From Vampirovibrio chlorellavorus (GTDB lineage: Bacteria > Cyanobacteriota > Vampirovibrionia > Vampirovibrionales > Vampirovibrionaceae): a stretch of DNA of 64,000 bases. Location: positions 61,397 through 125,396 of the forward strand of contig QFWI01000019.1 in the NCBI GenBank assembly GCA_003149345.1. Reading direction: 5' to 3'. Below the pieces are notes generated by a model. The model had not been told where the DNA came from. It searched no databases and saw only the letters and a program-made list of their open reading frames with translations. The position numbers and the translations under genes are program-made. The number at the start of each line of letters is the position of its first letter. Position 1 is the first letter of the stretch. Positions 19,877-28,322 of the stretch are shown piece after piece.

Positions 19877-21247
19877 CTAACGGTTGGAGGCCTGGGGGAA
19901 TTCCCTGAATCCTGTTTTCTTTCGACTTTGCAGCCGGATAACCCGGGTATTGTGGATGGCCTGAGCAACGTTGGCCGGGGATTCCTTCAGGTAATCCAGC
20001 GCTTTAATGGCGCTCTTGTCCTCAAACTTGAGCGAGGTTTGGCCGTAACTGGGTCGGCTGCTATGCGCGGATTTTTCCGGCACCTTCGGTTCCTCTGTTA
20101 TGGCGTCCTCGGTTGCGGCAGCGGGTGGGTACAGGGGCATTAACCCCGTCACGTAGGGCAGATTGGTGGGCAGGCTCCCGTTGGACAAGGATTGGCGCGC
20201 CTGGGTGAACAGAATCTTTAAAAGTACCAGGGCCCCTATCACGCAGAACACCCCAATGCCGCCAAAGAAAATAGCGACCGTGATGACCAGCCACTGAGGA
20301 ATGGACTGGAAGCCCTTGCGGACTTCACGGGTCAGCTCCTTAAGTTCACTGGAGCCCACTTTAGCCGGTTGGCTCACGTTGGTGGCGCTTGACGAATTGG
20401 TTTGGCCTTGCGCTGAAGCGGCTGGCCCTTTCAGGGCGTCTGCGGGCATTGGCTGGGCGGGCGGCAGCGCGTGTAAATACCAGAGCGGATCGGGCTTGGC
20501 AGCCGTGCCTGCTGGAGGCTCTGCCATCGACTCCGCCACGGAGAGGGTGTGGACTGGTTCTGGTGACCGGGGTGAGGTGTCAGTCGAACGGGGCTTGCTG
20601 GCCTTGCGTGTCGGCGCTTCCTGCTGGAAATCCGAAGGGCGATACACGTAAGGGTTCCACACCCCGCCTGGGGTGGCCCGTACCGGGGCCGGGCTCAGTT
20701 TGAGCCGGTTCTGGCTGGGACCGGGCGTTTTGGCCGCTTCTTGTTTAGGGCTGACTTTCTCGAAATGGGCAGCCACTTGTTCAAAGTGATTGGCCCGCTC
20801 TTTAGTCACCGCTGGTCGGGGTTTCAGTTTTTCCGTGGTGCTAGCGGCCACTTTTTGAGGCTGTTTGCTGTGTTGTTGTTGAACCGAGACGGAATACTCG
20901 TTGGCGGCCAGATTGGGCAGGATGATTTTCACCTTGCCGTCGCCCTGAGGAACGGCCCGTCCGATGAAGCGGTTCTTGTTATCCAGCACCACCGGCAGGC
21001 CATTGTCGATCTGCTCCTGGGACAATTGGGTTTCCGGCAGAATAATGGCGAATTGTTTGCCCTGATGTTCGGTGCTGTAGCTAACCCGTTGATCGGTGAA
21101 CAGGGTCACTGTGACGTTTTTGTCCTGGGTGTTAATGGCAAAGCCGTTCAGCTCCGCGGCGATAGAAAGACTGGACGCCAAAAGGCCAAGCCCCAAGGCC
21201 CAAGTGATGCCATTCAAAACAGGGTGTCTCAACGCCACGTCAACCAC
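19877..21247 (-). CDS. Bitopic membrane protein with N-terminal AMIN-like domain and Pro-rich linker (hypothetical)
   Basis: 456 aa with a signal peptide. A beta-rich domain of about 100 aa (NVTVTLFTDQRVSYSTEHQGKQFAIILPETQL...GKVKIILPNL) resembles AMIN domains. A low-complexity linker of about 190 aa follows, then one TM (WLVITVAIFFGGIGVFCVIGALVLL) and a cytoplasmic tail. Confidence 0.5.
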   Translation of the reverse strand: MVDVALRHPVLNGITWALGLGLLASSLSIAAELNGFAINTQDKNVTVTLFTDQRVSYSTEHQGKQFAIILPETQLSQEQIDNGLPVVLDNKNRFIGRAVPQGDGKVKIILPNLAANEYSVSVQQQHSKQPQKVAASTTEKLKPRPAVTKERANHFEQVAAHFEKVSPKQEAAKTPGPSQNRLKLSPAPVRATPGGVWNPYVYRPSDFQQEAPTRKASKPRSTDTSPRSPEPVHTLSVAESMAEPPAGTAAKPDPLWYLHALPPAQPMPADALKGPAASAQGQTNSSSATNVSQPAKVGSSELKELTREVRKGFQSIPQWLVITVAIFFGGIGVFCVIGALVLLKILFTQARQSLSNGSLPTNLPYVTGLMPLYPPAAATEDAITEEPKVPEKSAHSSRPSYGQTSLKFEDKSAIKALDYLKESPANVAQAIHNTRVIRLQSRKKTGFREFPQASNR

Positions 21248-21374
21248 TCAATCTGACTATGCACTGGATGTATTGTAACTGATTGTTGCGCTGAGGGGGA
21301 ATAGACCATGGGGTCAATCTCGGGGGGCAATCTCAGCGCATGGGACTCATTTCCCAGTCTGGGACAGGGGCTTT

Positions 21375-22031
21375 TTAAACCAGACCGTGTTCAAAGGCGT
21401 AGGCAACCAGCAAGGTTCGCTTGTTCAGCCCCGTCTTCTTCATCAGGTTGGCAATGTGGGTATCCACGGTTTTAACGGACAAGCACAGAATTTTGGCGAT
21501 TTCCTGATTGCTGAGCCCCTGGGCCAACTGCACTAAAATTTCCTGCTCTCTGGCCGTGAAAGGATGGGGGGAAATTTGATGCGCTTCTTTAGCCAGCTTT
21601 TCCGCCACGTCGGGGGAGAAAACGGGGCGTTGCCCCTCCTGAACGGCTTCCAGCAGCTTGGCGCAAAGCGTCTGCTCATCGATGGTTTTGCTTAAAAAAC
21701 CTGCCACGCCTAATTGCTGGGCTTTGCGGATGTACTGTAGTTCACAGTGGGCAGAGAAAAACACGATGTTGAGCGACGGGAATTGGGCCAGCAGCTCTTG
21801 GGTCAGTTGCAGGCCGTTTTTGCCCGGCAAGTTCACATCCAGTAGCACCACATCCGGTTGCTTGAGTTGAATCAGGCCTGCAAGCTCTTCCCCATGGGCG
21901 GCCTCCCCCACCACGGTAAAGTGGGCGTTGCGATGCAGTATTTCCCGGGTGCCCTGGCGAACCACATCGTGGTCATCCACCAGCAGCACCGTGATGGTTG
22001 TTTGCGTTTTGGTCGGAGAAGGGTCTTTCAT
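21375..22031 (-). CDS. NarL/FixJ-family response regulator (REC + LuxR-type HTH)
   Basis: 218 aa: VLLVDDHDVVRQG...DVVLLDVNLPGKNG; C-terminal LTAREQEILVQLAQGLSNQEIAKILCLSVKTVDTHIANLMKK. Confidence 0.9.
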   Translation of the reverse strand: MKDPSPTKTQTTITVLLVDDHDVVRQGTREILHRNAHFTVVGEAAHGEELAGLIQLKQPDVVLLDVNLPGKNGLQLTQELLAQFPSLNIVFFSAHCELQYIRKAQQLGVAGFLSKTIDEQTLCAKLLEAVQEGQRPVFSPDVAEKLAKEAHQISPHPFTAREQEILVQLAQGLSNQEIAKILCLSVKTVDTHIANLMKKTGLNKRTLLVAYAFEHGLV

Positions 22032-23149
22032 TCAGGTTTTACCGGAACGATTAGCTGGAAGTGACTGCCCTGATTGGGTTGGCTGCGGATATGGATTTTT
22101 CCGCCCAATTGTTGAATGCGTTCCTGAACACCGGTTAATCCCATTTTACGGGGATCTTTTCGTTCAGGATCAAAGCCCCGGCCATTGTCGCTGATGGTGG
22201 CGCTTAAAATGGGGCCGTCCTCCGGGGCGTAAGCCAGGGTGATTTGTACCTGACTGGCCTGGGCGTGATGCTTGATGTTAGCGCATAACTCCTGAAAAAC
22301 CCGAAAAAGCGGCAGTTCATAACGTTTGGGGAGTTGTTTGAGTCCTTCAGCGGCCGTGTTGAGAGAGACTTGGGCAATGCCTGCCTGTCGCAAGTCATCG
22401 GCCAAAAATTCCAGGGCGGCTTCCAGGCCCAGGTCTTCCAGAATCTGCGGCTTCAGGTTCTGACAGATTCGCCGGAGGTTATCAATGACTGAATCCACTT
22501 TGTGGGCGGCGTAACCCCGTTTCAGATCCACCAGATCCTGCACCACCCCGTCATGCAGATCCTGGGCGATGCGCTGGCGTTCCTCTTCTTGCAAACGAAT
22601 GTTGATATCCCGGGAACGGGCCAGTTGCTGAATCAGCCGATCCAGGTCGTAGGCTGTCATTGCCGTGAGAATCAGCCCGAGTACAATCATGCTGAGCGTG
22701 ACCCACTGAGTGACCTGTTGGGCCTGATCCTGCAAATCCCGCAGCTCGTTGAGGGACTCCAGTTTGAGGGTAAACAGTTCGTTTTGGCTCAGGCTGTCCA
22801 GCAGTGTGGCTGTCGGGGTGGGATTGGCCAGGATGCTTTGCAGGAGGGGGGAGAAAGTGGCGCTGTTGGCCGGATCGGACTTTTGTGCGACATCGGAAAG
22901 CATCATGGCTTGCCGGTAAATTTCGTGCCAGTCGGTTTGGGCCTGTTCCGGGTTTTCCGGGAGTTCCCGCTGCACTTTTTTGATGCCCCAGCGGACATTG
23001 CTGAGGATGACCACTTGGCTGACCTTGTGGGTGACCCGGTTGACTTCATTTTTCCAGCCCAAAATTTGCTGGTAGGCCGTGCCACCCACCAGAAACGTTA
23101 AAAGCACCATGACCAGCAACGGTGCCAGAATGGAATGTCGGGCATTCAA
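22028..23149 (-). CDS. Sensor histidine kinase (HisKA_3 / NarX-like)
   Basis: 373 aa with two TM segments flanking a sensor region of about 125 aa, the H-box IAQDLHDGVVQDL, and an ATPase domain with DNGRGF and GLTGVQERIQQLGG. It overlaps the regulator gene by 4 nt. Confidence 0.85.
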   Translation of the reverse strand: MNARHSILAPLLVMVLLTFLVGGTAYQQILGWKNEVNRVTHKVSQVVILSNVRWGIKKVQRELPENPEQAQTDWHEIYRQAMMLSDVAQKSDPANSATFSPLLQSILANPTPTATLLDSLSQNELFTLKLESLNELRDLQDQAQQVTQWVTLSMIVLGLILTAMTAYDLDRLIQQLARSRDINIRLQEEERQRIAQDLHDGVVQDLVDLKRGYAAHKVDSVIDNLRRICQNLKPQILEDLGLEAALEFLADDLRQAGIAQVSLNTAAEGLKQLPKRYELPLFRVFQELCANIKHHAQASQVQITLAYAPEDGPILSATISDNGRGFDPERKDPRKMGLTGVQERIQQLGGKIHIRSQPNQGSHFQLIVPVKPE

Positions 23150-23176
23150 GGTTGTAAGACCCGTGATGAAATTGCG

Positions 23177-23206
23177 CCCAGGGGGCCATATTTATGGCCT
23201 CCTGGG
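23177..23206 (-). terminator. Strong stem-loop between pilin gene and kinase gene (possible partial terminator)
   Basis: cccagggggccat / atggcctcctggg forms a stem of about 13 bp (one G-U), 13 nt after the pilin stop. The U-tract on the minus strand is weak (aatttc). Confidence 0.45.
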
Positions 23207-23218
23207 CTGGAGCTTCAA

Positions 23219-23656
23219 TTAGAAGTTGGACAGAGGGAGCGAGTTTCCGTTTTTAGGGGTTGCTTGTCCAGTGATCATCCCATTGTTCCATGTATAGACA
23301 ATGTTCCATTTGGTAAAGGCGGCACTGCAAGTTAGCGTAGGACCAGGAGCCGTACAACTTCCTGCACCTTTGGCTGCATTTGGTCCAAATCGACCTACTG
23401 CAATAGTTAATGGTCTTGCGGCCTGACCATTGGCAGTTACGGAAACGAAATTACTGAAATTTGTGGGAGTTTGCGCTTGTTCTGCCGTATAGATGGCTGC
23501 GGCGCTGGCCAATTGTGCTTTTAAATCTTTGATTTGTGTTAATTCGGCTTGAGCCGTGGTATCGCCAAAGCGGGGCAGGGCCACGGCGGCCAAAATGGCG
23601 ATAATGGCGATGACCACGGCCAATTCAATCAGGGTAAAACCTTTTTGGGATGTCAT
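23219..23656 (-). CDS. pilA: Type IV pilin (prepilin with class III signal)
   Basis: 145 aa. MTSQKG|FTLIELAVVIAIIAILAAVALPRF is the canonical prepilin peptidase site with Glu+5. There is a C-terminal Cys pair (GSCTAPGPTLTC). Confidence 0.85.
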   Translation of the reverse strand: MTSQKGFTLIELAVVIAIIAILAAVALPRFGDTTAQAELTQIKDLKAQLASAAAIYTAEQAQTPTNFSNFVSVTANGQAARPLTIAVGRFGPNAAKGAGSCTAPGPTLTCSAAFTKWNIVYTWNNGMITGQATPKNGNSLPLSNF

Positions 23657-23788
23657 AGGGGGCTCCTTTTCCTCACCTTACCGCTTTGAATGGATGTTGA
23701 TTAGACGGTGTCCAAAATGATTGTTTTTAAATCTATTATAGCTCTGTTAGGAGTGTCGGATTTTTGAATGCGTTCCGTATCGGTAAAA

Positions 23789-25501
23789 TTACTGATCTTT
23801 TTGAGTGGCCTGGATTTGATAAATTGTTATTAATTTTTTTGCGGATTGAAAAACTGGATGGGATAGCGAGGGATTTTCTTTCAAGGTCTGACCCAGAGGA
23901 CTTTTCTTGAAGGTAAAGCGCCAATTATTTTTCAGATGCTTGGTGTTGATATGAAAAGCATTGCTGATGAGGTATTGGATGTGTTTTTCTTTCAAAAAGA
24001 TCAGGTGGGTGGCCACGCTGCTTTGGTGGATCTCAGACAGGCAGTCCAAATTTTGGGCGGGGCATAACTGATTTAACCGGAATGCAGGGATTATTAAAAA
24101 AGTATCCAGTGTTTGATGCCTTGTATTCAGCGCATAGAAGTAGGCTTCATCCAGATTCTCAACGTAAATCCGGCTGTGCGGTGGAACTTGGGTGTTTAAA
24201 AAGTGCAGTGTGTCTGCATACTCCTGCCAAAGATCGACTTTAGTATTAATGGCCATTTGATTGGGGCCTTGTTTGTTGAGATAAGGCTGCAGATGAATGC
24301 TGTTCAATATCAAAGCCGCCATGAGTAGTCCGGTTAGCGCCCATTGCTTTCGGTGTCGCATCATCCCTTGGATAGGCAGAGCCGATAGCAACAAAGCCCA
24401 TAGAATGGGCAGTATGGGCATTAAAAACCGGGGATAGACGCTGTAAAAACTCCAGAACGGCAAAATCGCCAGATAAAGAGCCACATAAAGGCCCTCCACG
24501 GAATATTGGCGGGCTTTGAGCCGCTGGTAGGCGTATCGGCCCAACAGTAGAATGAGGGTGAAACTGAGGCCCAGAATGATACTTTCCGAAAAGATGGTAG
24601 CCTTTTGCAGGAAAAAGCGCTCCAGCAGGGGGAAAAACTGCACGGAGAAATTCCCCAATAGCTCCTGAAACCCCTTCCCCACCAGCTCCGGTAAGGTGTA
24701 CTCGTACTTCAAATCCATGCGGAAGGACTGAAAGTAAGTCTCCTGAAAGGTGCGCACCAAAAAGTCGCCCACCGGGTAGGTGGTGTCTTTCCGAGAGCCG
24801 GACCACATAAGCCAGGGCAGCATCAGCATGGCGCTGCCCAGCCAATATCCGGCAGCCTGCTTGCGCTGACCGCTTAGCCACAGCCACAGGCCAATGGCCA
24901 TAATCAGGGGCAAAGCCATGGTGCGGGTATAAAACGCGGCCACGCTCACAATCACCAGCAAGGCCACGTTTGCAAGCGTGAACGGTTGATGGGTTTCTTT
25001 GAACCGATGGCACAGAACGATGGTCAGGGTGCTGAGCAGCATAAACAGGGGCTCAGACATCAGATCAATGCTGACTTCCAGAAAGCGCCAGTGGGTGCCT
25101 ATAATCAGCACCAGTAACAGGCAAATCCATTGCGGCAACTGGCGAATTTTTCGGAAATAATACCCCCACAGGGCCAAGGTGCCGGTGGCTAGTAGAATGT
25201 TGATGCTTTTGAGCCACACAATATTGTGCGGAAAGTGCGGGTTCATCAGCCAGCCCAGCGCCAAAAGCACCGGAAAGAGCGGCGGATACTTGAAGAAATA
25301 AGGCTGATCCACCATGCCCATCAGCCGATACCCGTGCCCTTCGGCCATGGCTTTGGCCACCATCAGGTACATGCCATCATCGTGCAGAAAGCCCACCACA
25401 TCCGGGCGCATGAGATAGTAGGCCAAGGCCATAAAGCCTGCCAACAGGCCAAACCACAAACCAGCGATTTTGACATCGCATCGCTTCAAGAACACGCTCA
25501 C
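23789..25501 (-). CDS. Polytopic membrane protein, GT-C-fold glycosyltransferase-like (ArnT/PMT-like)
   Basis: 570 aa with more than 10 predicted TM helices. An early periplasmic-loop acidic motif (FLHDDGMYLMVAKAMAEGHGY) resembles GT-C/GT39/GT83 enzymes. The C-terminal 130 aa or so are soluble. The assignment is by pattern only. Confidence 0.5.
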   Translation of the reverse strand: MSVFLKRCDVKIAGLWFGLLAGFMALAYYLMRPDVVGFLHDDGMYLMVAKAMAEGHGYRLMGMVDQPYFFKYPPLFPVLLALGWLMNPHFPHNIVWLKSINILLATGTLALWGYYFRKIRQLPQWICLLLVLIIGTHWRFLEVSIDLMSEPLFMLLSTLTIVLCHRFKETHQPFTLANVALLVIVSVAAFYTRTMALPLIMAIGLWLWLSGQRKQAAGYWLGSAMLMLPWLMWSGSRKDTTYPVGDFLVRTFQETYFQSFRMDLKYEYTLPELVGKGFQELLGNFSVQFFPLLERFFLQKATIFSESIILGLSFTLILLLGRYAYQRLKARQYSVEGLYVALYLAILPFWSFYSVYPRFLMPILPILWALLLSALPIQGMMRHRKQWALTGLLMAALILNSIHLQPYLNKQGPNQMAINTKVDLWQEYADTLHFLNTQVPPHSRIYVENLDEAYFYALNTRHQTLDTFLIIPAFRLNQLCPAQNLDCLSEIHQSSVATHLIFLKEKHIQYLISNAFHINTKHLKNNWRFTFKKSPLGQTLKENPSLSHPVFQSAKKLITIYQIQATQKDQ

Positions 25502-25603
25502 TCCCCGATATTCAGGATACTGTTATTGTAGCAAGTTTTAAGGGTTGTCTGTGGGCTTGGCGGACGAACCACTCCAGGGCCGCCGGGATGCTATGATGCT
25601 GCC

Positions 25604-26770
25604 ATGAATGCCCGGAAACCCATTATTTTGATAGCTCCGGCCTGCTATAAAGGCACCCTGTCCGCCCCAGAGGCCGCCGAGATCATGCAATCCACCCTCA
25701 GGGAAAGTCTGGGGGACGCTGTGGACATCCAGTTATGCCCGATTGCCGACGGCGGGGATGACACCTTGCTGGTACTCAAACAAAGCCTGCCACAGGCCAG
25801 TTTCAAAACCGTCCAGGTGACCGGCCCCGTAGCCGCCATGTGTGTACAGGCTCAGTATTTGTGGGAGCCTGCCAGCAAAACCGTGATCATTGAATCGGCG
25901 CAGGCCCATGGTCTGAAGCTCTTGGGGACTGAACGCCACCCCTTGACGGCCAAGTCTTACGGGGTGGGGGAATTGATTGCTGAAGCGGTGCGTGACTGTC
26001 AGCCGGAGACGGTGGTGGTGACTGTGGGCGGTAGTGCTTCCACCGATGGCGGATTGGGAGCGCTGCAAGCCTTGGGCCTATGCTGCGTGGATGAAGACGG
26101 GCAGCGGATTCTGGCGTCGTTGAGTGGCGGTGACTTACCAAGCGTTCAGCGGCTGTTTTGGCCGGAGACGCTGATGGGAGACTGGGGAATGATGCCTAAA
26201 TTGATTATTGCCACCGACGTGCAAAACCCCTTGTTGGGCATTCAGGGTGCGGCAGCCGTGTTCGCCCCTCAAAAAGGCGCTTCTGAGGAGCAATGCCAGG
26301 TGTTAGCGCAAGGGTTGTCTCACCTGCGGGATCTGCTGGCCGGGCAATTTACGGTGGATTATGTGTTATGTCCCGGTTCGGGGGCGGCGGGTGGCTTGGC
26401 CTATGGCTTACAATACTGGCCGGGCGGCGCTGTGGTGGTTTCCGGCAGCCAGTGGATTGCTGAGACCTTGAACTTGAAGCAACTCGTGGCTGAGGCGGAT
26501 GTGATTCTCTCCGGGGAGGGTCGTTGGGATGCCACTTCACTGGGTGGCAAAGCCACGGGGCATCTGCTGACGCTGGCGGGGAACAAGCCGGTCTTTCTGC
26601 TTCCCGGGCAATGCCAGGCGGGTTTGCAGCTGCCTGCCACGGTGCAATGTCTGCCCTTGGCCACAACGGAGGCCGAAACTCAGGCGGCCATGGCGAATCC
26701 TAGGCAGGCCTTGCGGACTGTAGTGCTTCAGAGGTTGCCGCTGCTGAAACGCCATTTGCCAGCACATTAG
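25604..26770 (+). CDS. glxK: Glycerate kinase
   Basis: 388 aa: ILIAPACYKGTLSA.EAAE...PIADGGDDTL...GGSASTDGGLGALQALG...TDV.NPLLG..GAAAVFAPQKGA. Confidence 0.85.
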   Translation: MNARKPIILIAPACYKGTLSAPEAAEIMQSTLRESLGDAVDIQLCPIADGGDDTLLVLKQSLPQASFKTVQVTGPVAAMCVQAQYLWEPASKTVIIESAQAHGLKLLGTERHPLTAKSYGVGELIAEAVRDCQPETVVVTVGGSASTDGGLGALQALGLCCVDEDGQRILASLSGGDLPSVQRLFWPETLMGDWGMMPKLIIATDVQNPLLGIQGAAAVFAPQKGASEEQCQVLAQGLSHLRDLLAGQFTVDYVLCPGSGAAGGLAYGLQYWPGGAVVVSGSQWIAETLNLKQLVAEADVILSGEGRWDATSLGGKATGHLLTLAGNKPVFLLPGQCQAGLQLPATVQCLPLATTEAETQAAMANPRQALRTVVLQRLPLLKRHLPAH

Positions 26771-28316
26771 CCAAGGCCCGCATATTGGCTGGCCGATAGG
26801 TACAAAGGCTCAGGTGCGCTTGGGGCATCGACAGTTTTTGTAAATCGTAAGGGGTTCCCGCCGAGGCCAGAATGAACCGGGCGTGGGGAAACTGGGCTTT
26901 GAGCAGTGCGTACAAATTCGCCTGACTGGTGTATATCAAGGGGTTGAAGCTGACGAAAACAACGGTCTCAGGTGCGGAGCCCGTCAAGCTATCGCATAGC
27001 GCTGGCGCATCAAAGGCTTGTTTGGCGGGATAGGTCAGACTGTTAATCTGGCTAAAGCCGGCCACCTCAAAATAATGCTCAAGAGGGGGTGAAGTGGGGG
27101 CATCAAAGGCATAATTGCCCATGCCGATTCGTTCAGGATGCACCAATAGCAAGGGAGCCTCCAAGGGCAGGGGAAGCGCATCAGCGGAACCTTCTAGAAG
27201 ACTGATGCCCTGTTCCGCCCAGACATCGGCCTGCTGCTGGCAGTCAGTTTGGGACAGACTCACCTGAGGGGTCGGGGCTTCCGCCAGATACTGAGCCTTT
27301 AAGTGGGCAATCCGGGTGAGGGACGCCTGCAATTGGCTGAGGGGCAGCGCACCGGTTTCAAAGGCCTGAAGCACTGCTTGGTAAACCGACCATTCCGCTT
27401 CGGTGCTTTGCTTATACAGCAAAATATCCACGCCTGCCTTCAGGGAGGCCAGCGCCGCCTCTACCGGGTTGCGGTGTTGGGTAATGGCCCCCATGCACAT
27501 GTCATCGGTGATAATCACCCCCTGAAAACCGAACCGCTCACGCAGCAAACCCTGAATAATGGCGGGAGAGGCTGAGGAGGGGAGCTGTTGTTCTTCTTTC
27601 GTGGTTTGTAACGCCGGGTAATAGCCGTGGGCCACCAGCATAACGGGTACACCCGCATGAATGGCTTGCTGAAAAGGCTGTAATTCGGCATCCGTAAAGT
27701 GCAGGGTGGGCAAATCGAGGTGGGAATCCACGGTGCCGTTGCCGTGGCCGGGGAAGTGCTTGCCTACGGAAATCAGCTTTTCAGCCTCAAAAGCCTGCAT
27801 GGCAATTTTAGCAAAACGCCACACCGTTTCAGGATCATCCCCAAAGCTGCGCACCCCAATGATGGGGTTTTCGGCCTGTAAATTCACGTCCAGGGTGGGG
27901 AAAAAATTCAGGTTCAAGCCCAGTGCCCGCAAGTGCTGGGCCATGGCTTGATACATTTCCTGAGCCAGTTGCTCCGGTGCCTCGGCCAAAGCCACCGCCC
28001 GTGGGGATAAAGCCGTGGGGAAGAGCGTGTGCGGCAAGCGCTCCACCTGACCGCCTTCCTGATCAATGCCCATCAGCATGCGGGGGAGATGCGCCGGAAC
28101 GCTGGCTTGCAGTTTTGCGGTCAAGTCCGCTACCGCTTGCGGGGTTTGCTGGGGCAAGGCGTCAAAATTGTCCCTAAAAAAAATCAGCCCCCCCACGCCA
28201 CGCTCTAAAAAACGGTGGGTGATGGGGTTGGGGTTCAAGCCTTCGTAGCCCACCATAAACAGCTGGGCCACTTGCTCAGCCAGGGTTAGATGAGCAAACC
28301 CGTTTGATGCGTTCAT
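26700..28316 (-). CDS. nagZ: Beta-N-acetylhexosaminidase, GH3 family (NagZ-like, two-domain form)
   Basis: 538 aa: GGLIFFRDN...GIDQEGGQVERL...KHFPGHGNGTVDSHLDLP...VIITDDMCMGAI. The extra C-terminal domain of about 200 aa is as in long GH3 NagZ/YbbD forms. Confidence 0.85.
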   Translation of the reverse strand: MNASNGFAHLTLAEQVAQLFMVGYEGLNPNPITHRFLERGVGGLIFFRDNFDALPQQTPQAVADLTAKLQASVPAHLPRMLMGIDQEGGQVERLPHTLFPTALSPRAVALAEAPEQLAQEMYQAMAQHLRALGLNLNFFPTLDVNLQAENPIIGVRSFGDDPETVWRFAKIAMQAFEAEKLISVGKHFPGHGNGTVDSHLDLPTLHFTDAELQPFQQAIHAGVPVMLVAHGYYPALQTTKEEQQLPSSASPAIIQGLLRERFGFQGVIITDDMCMGAITQHRNPVEAALASLKAGVDILLYKQSTEAEWSVYQAVLQAFETGALPLSQLQASLTRIAHLKAQYLAEAPTPQVSLSQTDCQQQADVWAEQGISLLEGSADALPLPLEAPLLLVHPERIGMGNYAFDAPTSPPLEHYFEVAGFSQINSLTYPAKQAFDAPALCDSLTGSAPETVVFVSFNPLIYTSQANLYALLKAQFPHARFILASAGTPYDLQKLSMPQAHLSLCTYRPANMRALANVLANGVSAAATSEALQSARPA

Positions 28317-28322
28317 AAAAGC

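Noticed and set aside
24246-25013. 255-aa alternative-frame ORF inside the GT-C-like gene
   Set aside because: It lies on the same strand but out of frame with a long ORF that has a coherent TM-helix pattern. The alternative frame is Arg/Gly/Ala/Pro-rich nonsense.
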